34,265 bases of DNA from Nanobdellota archaeon (GTDB taxonomy: Archaea; Aenigmatarchaeota; Aenigmatarchaeia; Aenigmatarchaeales; SZUA-1535): assembly GCA_015661515.1 (NCBI GenBank), contig DQVX01000067.1:1-34265 (forward strand), written 5' to 3'. Shown in pieces: positions 30,098-34,265 of this stretch (the stretch's first letter is position 1; each line of letters starts with the position of its first letter). The position numbers and the translations under genes are program-made. The notes beneath the pieces are model-generated. The model saw only the letters and a program-made list of their open reading frames with translations, had not been told where the DNA came from and searched no databases.

Positions 30098-30239
30098 GGG
30101 CACGTAGCTCAGCCTGGTCAGAGCGCCAGTCTTATATGGCTGGGCTCTGGTAAAGCCTAAGCAAACTGGTGGTCGCCGGTTCAAAAGCAAGGCTAAAAGA
30201 GCAAGAGTTTTTCTGCAGAAATTCCGGCCGTGCCCACCA
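30098..30239 (+). tRNA. tRNA-Ile, anticodon UAU, with two introns (27 nt at 37/38; 37 nt in T-loop at about 59/60); CCA encoded
   Basis: Acceptor GGGCACG/CGTGCCC, D arm GCTC-AGCCTGGTCA-GAGC, anticodon stem CCAGT (30126..30130)/ACTGG (30165..30169), and loop CTTATA|A with TAT at 30133..30135. Intron 30137..30163 forms a canonical bulge-helix-bulge: CTTA/TAAG central helix, bulges TAT and CAA, outer helix GGCT/AGCC. T arm GCCGG (30175..30179)/CCGGC (30224..30228) encloses 44 nt instead of 7. Removing 30186..30222 restores TTCAAAT. Confidence 0.9.
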
Positions 30240-30247
30240 TTCAAAAA

Positions 30248-30253
30248 TTTTTT
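30248..30253 (+). terminator. oligo-T run downstream of tRNA-Ile
   Basis: TTTTTT 9 nt after the encoded CCA. Archaeal termination commonly uses T-runs. Confidence 0.3.
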
Positions 30254-30311
30254 AAACATATTCTTTGCCAATATGGGAAAAGACTAAAAATGTAAAAGCA
30301 CTAAACACAGT

Positions 30312-31103
30312 TTAGATTTCAGCACCTTCTAATGCACGGGAACAAATGCATGTTCTTTTTTCAGGTATTTGCGATATAACTTTTTCCAGAAGCTTTTTAG
30401 TTTTGTTAACATTTTTCTTCATTGTCTCGATTACAAGTTCTGTGCTAACTTTTTCCTCTTCTTCTTTCCACACATCATAATCTGTTACCATTGAAATAGA
30501 AGCATAGCAGATTTCTAGCTCACGTGCTAGTTGAGCTTCTGGAACAAGAGTCATGCCTATTATGTCGGCAAAATTTCTGAACATGAAGGATTCTGCTTTT
30601 GTTGAAAATCTTGGGCCTTCTATGCAGATGTATGTTCCCTTTTCCGAAAAATCAAATCCAAGCTTTTTTGCATTTTCTATGAGAAGATTTCTAAGCTCAG
30701 GACAAAAAGGCTCTGCCATAGTTATATGCACAACTTTTGGACCATTGTAAAATGTATATTCTCTTCTTTTTGTAAAATCTATAAACTGATCAGGAAATAC
30801 AAGCATCCCAGGTTTGAGCTCTTCTTTCAGTGAGCCAACTGCATGTACAGCAATGATTCTTTCAACACCAATTTCTTTCAAAGCCCAGATATTTGCGCGA
30901 TAGTTTACTTTATGAGGTGGTATCTGATGTTTTTCTCCATGTCTCGGAATGAATGCTATTTTTATTCCGTTAGCATCGAAAATAGAAATAGGTGCTGTTG
31001 CTCTTCCATAAGGTGTTACAATATCTATCTTTTCGATGAGATCAAAATTTTCTATATCTACAACCCCTGTCCCGCCTATTATCCCTATTCTGACTTTTTT
31101 CAT
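30312..31103 (-). CDS. mtnP: 5'-methylthioadenosine phosphorylase (PNP family 2)
   Basis: IGIIGGTG N-terminus, then FIPRHGEKHQIPPHKVNYRANIWALKEIGV and MTLVPEAQLARELEICYASISMVTDYD motifs. Confidence 0.88.
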   Translation of the reverse strand: MKKVRIGIIGGTGVVDIENFDLIEKIDIVTPYGRATAPISIFDANGIKIAFIPRHGEKHQIPPHKVNYRANIWALKEIGVERIIAVHAVGSLKEELKPGMLVFPDQFIDFTKRREYTFYNGPKVVHITMAEPFCPELRNLLIENAKKLGFDFSEKGTYICIEGPRFSTKAESFMFRNFADIIGMTLVPEAQLARELEICYASISMVTDYDVWKEEEEKVSTELVIETMKKNVNKTKKLLEKVISQIPEKRTCICSRALEGAEI

Positions 31104-31132
31104 GAATTTATTATTGAATTATAAAATTAAAA

Positions 31133-31144
31133 AATTTTAAAATT
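31133..31144. promoter_or_regulatory. palindromic A/T element AATTTTAAAATT between divergent mtnP and PRTase genes
   Basis: Perfect 12-nt palindrome centred about 25 nt upstream of ATG 31164, which has no SD. Low specificity in A+T-rich DNA. Confidence 0.3.
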
Positions 31145-31163
31145 CTACAACTGAAAATTAATT

Positions 31164-31814
31164 ATGCCTTCAAAATTTAAATGTGAATTTCGTTCATGGG
31201 AAAATATATATACTTTAAGCAGAATTGTTGCAAGAAAAATAAGAGAAAGCAATTGGGAACCAGATGCAATAATAGGCATAACTCGAGGAGGTTGGGTCCC
31301 TGCACGAAACCTTTGCGATTTTCTTGGTGTTAAAGATCTATTCGGTGTAAAAATAGAACATTGGGGAGTTACAGCTACTCCAGATGGTGAAGCAAAATTA
31401 AAGTGGCCTTTGAACGTTGATCTTTCAGGTAAAAAGGTTCTTGTTGTAGATGATATAATAGATACTGGAGAAAGTATGCTCATAGCTATTGAGCACATTA
31501 AAACTCTCAATCCAAAAGAGATAAGAACAGCAGCATTGTTTTATATAAAGGGTAGTAAATTTATTCCAGATTATTTTGCAGAAGAAATAGAATGGAAATG
31601 GATAATATTTCCATGGAATGTTACAGAAGATTTAATAAATCTAATTTCAAATTTTCTTAAGGAGCGAGAAATTGTAGAAATAAGCGAAGTAATAGATGGG
31701 CTTAAAGATTGGTATGATATAGAGCTTACTGAACAACAACTAAAAGAAGTGCTGGAAGAAATGAGAATAAGAAAAATAATAAAAGTAGATGGAAATAAAA
31801 TCACGAAACTCTAA
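31164..31814 (+). CDS. purine phosphoribosyltransferase (COG2236-like) with C-terminal extension of about 60 aa
   Basis: PRPP-binding loop KKVLVVDDIIDTGESM, with ITRGGWVPARNLCD upstream. The C-terminal EREIVEISEVIDGLKDWYDIELTEQQLKEVLEEMRIRKIIKVDGNKITKL looks like a small helical or winged-helix add-on. Confidence 0.8.
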   Translation: MPSKFKCEFRSWENIYTLSRIVARKIRESNWEPDAIIGITRGGWVPARNLCDFLGVKDLFGVKIEHWGVTATPDGEAKLKWPLNVDLSGKKVLVVDDIIDTGESMLIAIEHIKTLNPKEIRTAALFYIKGSKFIPDYFAEEIEWKWIIFPWNVTEDLINLISNFLKEREIVEISEVIDGLKDWYDIELTEQQLKEVLEEMRIRKIIKVDGNKITKL

Positions 31815-31824
31815 TAGGATTAGA

Positions 31825-31946
31825 GGGCCGGTGGTCTAGTGGTATGACGCCTGCTTCACGAGCAGGAGATCGGCGGTTCAAAACAGAAAGAATATTATTT
31901 TTCTTTTACAATGTTTTATTCTTTGAAATTCCGCCCCGGCCCACCA
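31825..31946 (+). tRNA. tRNA-Val, anticodon CAC, with one 47-nt intron in the T-loop (about 59/60); CCA encoded
   Basis: Acceptor GGGCCGG/CCGGCCC. Anticodon arm CCTGC-TTCACGA-GCAGG with CAC at 31857..31859. T arm GGCGG (31872..31876)/CCGCC (31931..31935) encloses 54 nt. Removing 31883..31929 restores TTCAAAT. TTCA (31877..31880) pairs with TGAA (31924..31927), followed by the 3-nt bulge ATT. Confidence 0.88.
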
Positions 31947-31951
31947 TTGAG

Positions 31952-31959
31952 TTTAAATA
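31952..31959 (+). promoter_or_regulatory. TATA box (TTTAAATA) for SRP RNA
   Basis: Matches the archaeal TATA consensus. It lies about 24-31 nt upstream of the first paired base of SRP RNA (31983). Confidence 0.45.
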
Positions 31960-31960
31960 G

Positions 31961-31967
31961 TTTTTTT
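31961..31967 (+). terminator. oligo-T run downstream of tRNA-Val
   Basis: TTTTTTT 15 nt after the encoded CCA. Confidence 0.3.
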
Positions 31968-31982
31968 GACCATAAATTATTT

Positions 31983-32256
31983 GCAGGAGGCTAGGCCGGG
32001 GGGTTGGGGGTCCCCTGTAACCGGAAATCCCCCTTATGCCGGGGCCGAAGCCCGAGGGCGGCTATGTGCTGAAAGGAAGTCCTGCAGGTGAACAATGAAA
32101 TTCCGTCCCGTGGAGTCGTAGCCGTGGCGAACCGGTCAGGCCCGGAAGGGAGCAGCCGTAAGCCACGAGCTACGATGTTCACGGGGGTGCGGAATGGAGG
32201 AAGCCTGCAGGGGCGCTTCCTTTCAGCACATAGTCCACCGAGGGCGCGCCTCCTGC
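31983..32256 (+). ncRNA. signal recognition particle RNA (7S RNA), about 274 nt
   Basis: 5' Alu-domain sequence GGCTAGGCCGGGGGGTTGGGGGTCCCCTGTAACCGGAAA...GCCGGGGCCGAAGCCCGAGGG is typical of archaeal SRP RNA. Helix 8 core is GGTCAGGCCCGGAAGGGAGCAGCC with a GGAA tetraloop at 32144..32147. The termini pair (GCAGGAGGC with GCCTCCTGC). Long helix 5 pairings include 32062..32079 with 32216..32233. G+C-rich island in A+T-rich DNA. Confidence 0.9.
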
Positions 32257-32278
32257 ACTATTAAATGGTGAAATAAAA

Positions 32279-33067
32279 ATGAAAAGACGTAAATATAATC
32301 AAGAAAAGCCACTTTTTTTGTTATTTTCTTTGGTTATGTTTCTTTTAGGATTTTCTTTTGCAAATATGCTTTATACAATAAATAAACTTGAGATGCAAAA
32401 CGTAAAAATAGTCGAGAAAAAAATCCCAATATATATAACAAAAAGCAATTATAATTCAACAACTTTATATTTGCTTGCTGTTGATCAAGAAGGAGAAGGT
32501 GTAGTTATACCACTAAAAGTTGAAGTAAGACCAGGTACAGGAAAAGTTTTAGCAAATATAGAAAACTTACTTTTTTGGATTGATACTCAACATTCACTTC
32601 AGATTGCGAGAGACATAGCAGCAAATATTACTGGAAGAGATCCAGAAAGTTTTGATGTGATATATACTCTTGAGTCGAACGCTTCTATAGTCGGTGGGCC
32701 TTCTGCAGGAGCCGCTTTTGCAATAGCAACAATAGCAGCTTTAAAAAACATAACTTTGAATAACTCTGTTTTAATAACTGGAACTATAAATGAAGATGGA
32801 ACTATAGGAGAGGTTGGCGGAATTTATGAAAAAGCAGAAGCTGCAAAAAAAGCTGGAGCTAAAATTGTTTTAGTACCTCCTGGACAAGCAACAGAAATAA
32901 AACTTGTTCCTGAGGAAAAATGCATTACACGTCCAGGTTTTATTTTTTGTGAAACAATATACAAAAGAAAGAAAATAAATATTTCCGAGAAAATTGGAAT
33001 AGAAATAAAAGAAGTTTCAAATATTTATGAAGCAATGAAATATTTTTTCGGTGAAAGATATGGATAA
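32279..33067 (+). CDS. membrane-anchored Lon-like (S16) serine protease domain protein, COG1750-like
   Basis: N-terminal TM segment, catalytic Ser context IVGGPSAGAAFAIATIAAL, and ITGTINEDGTIGEVGGIYEKAEAAKKAGAKIVLVP carrying the Lys of the Ser-Lys dyad. GGTGA lies 7 nt upstream of the ATG. Confidence 0.8.
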   Translation: MKRRKYNQEKPLFLLFSLVMFLLGFSFANMLYTINKLEMQNVKIVEKKIPIYITKSNYNSTTLYLLAVDQEGEGVVIPLKVEVRPGTGKVLANIENLLFWIDTQHSLQIARDIAANITGRDPESFDVIYTLESNASIVGGPSAGAAFAIATIAALKNITLNNSVLITGTINEDGTIGEVGGIYEKAEAAKKAGAKIVLVPPGQATEIKLVPEEKCITRPGFIFCETIYKRKKINISEKIGIEIKEVSNIYEAMKYFFGERYG

Positions 33068-33650
33068 AAAAGAGCTTCAGGATATAGCAATTTCTGTAAT
33101 AGTACTTTCAGTAGCATTTTTAAATATTATAGGAGATTTTACTTTAGAAAATTTTGTAATAAGTTTATTAATAGTAATTTTTGTATTTGTAGTTCATGAA
33201 TTAGCTCATAGAGGGGTAGCAAAATATTATGGTTTTTCTGCTAAATATGTTGCTTGGCCTTTTGGTTTATTGCTAACTCTTTTGACGAGTTTCGGAAGCT
33301 TTCTTTTAGGTGGTAGCTTTCTATTTGCTGCACCAGGTGCAGTACAAATTTCTCCTTATTCAGATAAATTTGCATTTCAACTAAGACCTATGACTAAAAA
33401 AGAATATGGTATTATAGCTCTTTCAGGTCCTGCTTCAAATATAGCTGTAGGAGTTATATTCTTTTTACTATTTTTAATTTTTCCTTCTCCAATATACTTC
33501 TTGTACAATATTTCTAAAATTTCATTTTGGTTAGCTTTTTTCAACCTTCTTCCCATTCCACCGCTTGATGGGAGTAAAATTTTAATATGGAATATTAAAA
33601 TATGGTTTATTATAATAGCATTTGCTTTTATTGGCTGGATGGTGATATGA
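33060..33650 (+). CDS. M50-family (site-2 protease-like) membrane metalloprotease
   Basis: HELAHRGVAK (HExxH) in a TM helix and NLLPIPPLDGSKI (NxxPxxxLDG). Start at ATG 33060, 5 nt after GGTGA, overlapping the upstream stop by 8 nt. The track GTG at 33051 is inside the SD. Confidence 0.82.
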   Translation: MDKKELQDIAISVIVLSVAFLNIIGDFTLENFVISLLIVIFVFVVHELAHRGVAKYYGFSAKYVAWPFGLLLTLLTSFGSFLLGGSFLFAAPGAVQISPYSDKFAFQLRPMTKKEYGIIALSGPASNIAVGVIFFLLFLIFPSPIYFLYNISKISFWLAFFNLLPIPPLDGSKILIWNIKIWFIIIAFAFIGWMVI

Positions 33651-34088
33651 ATGTTATTGAGAAAAACAAAAAATATAGCTCTTTTCATAGATGGTCCAAA
33701 CATGATAAGAAAAGAATTTTCTTTTGGGTTAGAAGATATAGTTAAAAAAGCTAAAAAATATGGAAGAATAGTTATAGGAAAAGTTTTTCTTAATCAATTT
33801 GCCCCTGAAAAATTAATAGAAGCTGTTGCTAATCACGGTTTAGAACCTATAATAACCTTAGGTGAGAAAAATGCAACTGATGTTGATGTTGCTTTAGCTG
33901 TACATGCTATGGAAGCTGTGCATGATCCTAAAATAGATATTATTGTTATTGCTACAAGAGATGCTGATTTTACACCTTTACTTCAAAAAATAAAAGAGCA
34001 TGGAAAATTAGCTGTACTAATAGCAGCAAAAGAAGCTTTAGGAACGTCTCTCAAAAAAAGTGCTGACAAAGTAGAGCTTTTGAAGTGA
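33651..34088 (+). CDS. NYN/LabA-like (COG1432) PIN-like domain protein
   Basis: IALFIDGPNM (first Asp motif), DVDVALAV and IVIATRDADFTPLLQKIKEHG motifs. GGTGAT lies 4 nt upstream of the ATG. Confidence 0.78.
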   Translation: MLLRKTKNIALFIDGPNMIRKEFSFGLEDIVKKAKKYGRIVIGKVFLNQFAPEKLIEAVANHGLEPIITLGEKNATDVDVALAVHAMEAVHDPKIDIIVIATRDADFTPLLQKIKEHGKLAVLIAAKEALGTSLKKSADKVELLK

Positions 34089-34093
34089 GGCAT

Positions 34094-34265
34094 ATGGTAG
34101 CTGAAGAGTTTAAAAAAGTTATAGAAAAATTTGGATTTGAAAAAGGTCAATGCAAAAAAGGATTAATTGAAAAAAGAAAGAAAAATCATTTAGCAGCCTA
34201 TGATTTTAGTTTTAGCGATTTTTTAAATTATTCTACAGATCAACCTATTGCTATAGAATATCAAA
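34094..34265 (+). CDS. hypothetical protein, 3' end beyond window
   Basis: ATG 34094 is preceded by GTGAGG. The open frame MVAEEFKKVIEKFGFEKGQCKKGLIEKRKKNHLAAYDFSFSDFLNYSTDQPIAIEYQ runs to the window edge. No family recognised. Confidence 0.4.
   Translation, partial: MVAEEFKKVIEKFGFEKGQCKKGLIEKRKKNHLAAYDFSFSDFLNYSTDQPIAIEYQ

Noticed and set aside
30041-30271. Track ORF of 76 aa on the minus strand.
   Set aside because: It lies antisense across tRNA-Ile. It stays open only because the G+C-rich RNA gene lacks A/T-rich stop codons. No SD and no protein-like features.
31991-32182. Track ORF of 63 aa on the minus strand.
   Set aside because: It lies antisense inside SRP RNA. Same G+C artefact as above.
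32081-32211. Two CCTGCAGG palindromes in SRP RNA and a CTGCAG in the tRNA-Ile T-loop intron (30213..30218). Considered as restriction-site or inverted-repeat signals.
   Set aside because: In SRP RNA the two copies are simply the opposing strands of helix 5. The intron copy is an isolated 6-mer.
32052-32246. Direct 9-mer repeat CCGAGGGCG at 32052..32060 and 32238..32246, near the base of SRP RNA helix 5, where I expected complementary strands.
   Set aside because: I cannot decide by eye whether this reflects an alternative pairing (GGCGG/CCACC plus GCCC/GGGC with an internal loop) or my imperfect memory of the consensus. It needs a covariance-model alignment, so it is not reported as a finding.

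Overview
A+T-rich archaeal chromosomal segment, mostly core housekeeping genes and almost fully coding. Left to right: two tandem COG1373/DUF4143 AAA+ ATPase paralogs (the first cut by the window edge); a complete A1AO ATP synthase operon in the order H-I-K-E-C-F-A-B-D on the minus strand, with an extra 4-TM ORF overlapping its 3' end; an AbrB-PhoU regulator; and a ribosomal-protein supercluster split into two minus-strand blocks (uL3..uS3 at 11.7-15.9 kb, uL15-uL29-aIF1-Rpp29-uS17..uL30 at 19.7-27.0 kb). The blocks are separated by a Kef-type antiporter, a PIN protein, DGGGP synthase, eL40 and a flavoredoxin-like gene. Next come ferredoxin plus geranylgeranyl reductase, SAM decarboxylase, an HTH regulator, MTA phosphorylase and a purine PRTase. 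A small G+C-rich RNA island follows: tRNA-Ile(UAU) with two introns, tRNA-Val(CAC) with a T-loop intron, and SRP RNA. The window ends with an S16-like protease, an M50 protease, a NYN protein and a partial ORF. I found no CRISPR array, no mobile element and no recognisable defence system. The points most worth a second look: (1) an unlisted 53-aa CPxCG zinc-ribbon ORF translationally coupled between eL32 and eL19; (2) the aIF1/SUI1 gene has no in-frame AUG, and its conserved Cys cluster lies upstream of the first canonical start, with an SD-positioned AUA; (3) an SRP RNA that by hand folding has no room for helix 6; (4) a tRNA-Ile with a UAU anticodon and two introns, sharing a 59/60 T-loop intron position with the neighbouring tRNA-Val; (5) a rearranged r-protein cluster with uL15 moved to the head. 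Three real short genes missing from the ORF track were recovered by hand: eL40, a 2x[4Fe-4S] ferredoxin and the zinc ribbon. Many track ORFs begin at a GTG inside the Shine-Dalgarno sequence GGAGGTGA, and I trimmed those starts.
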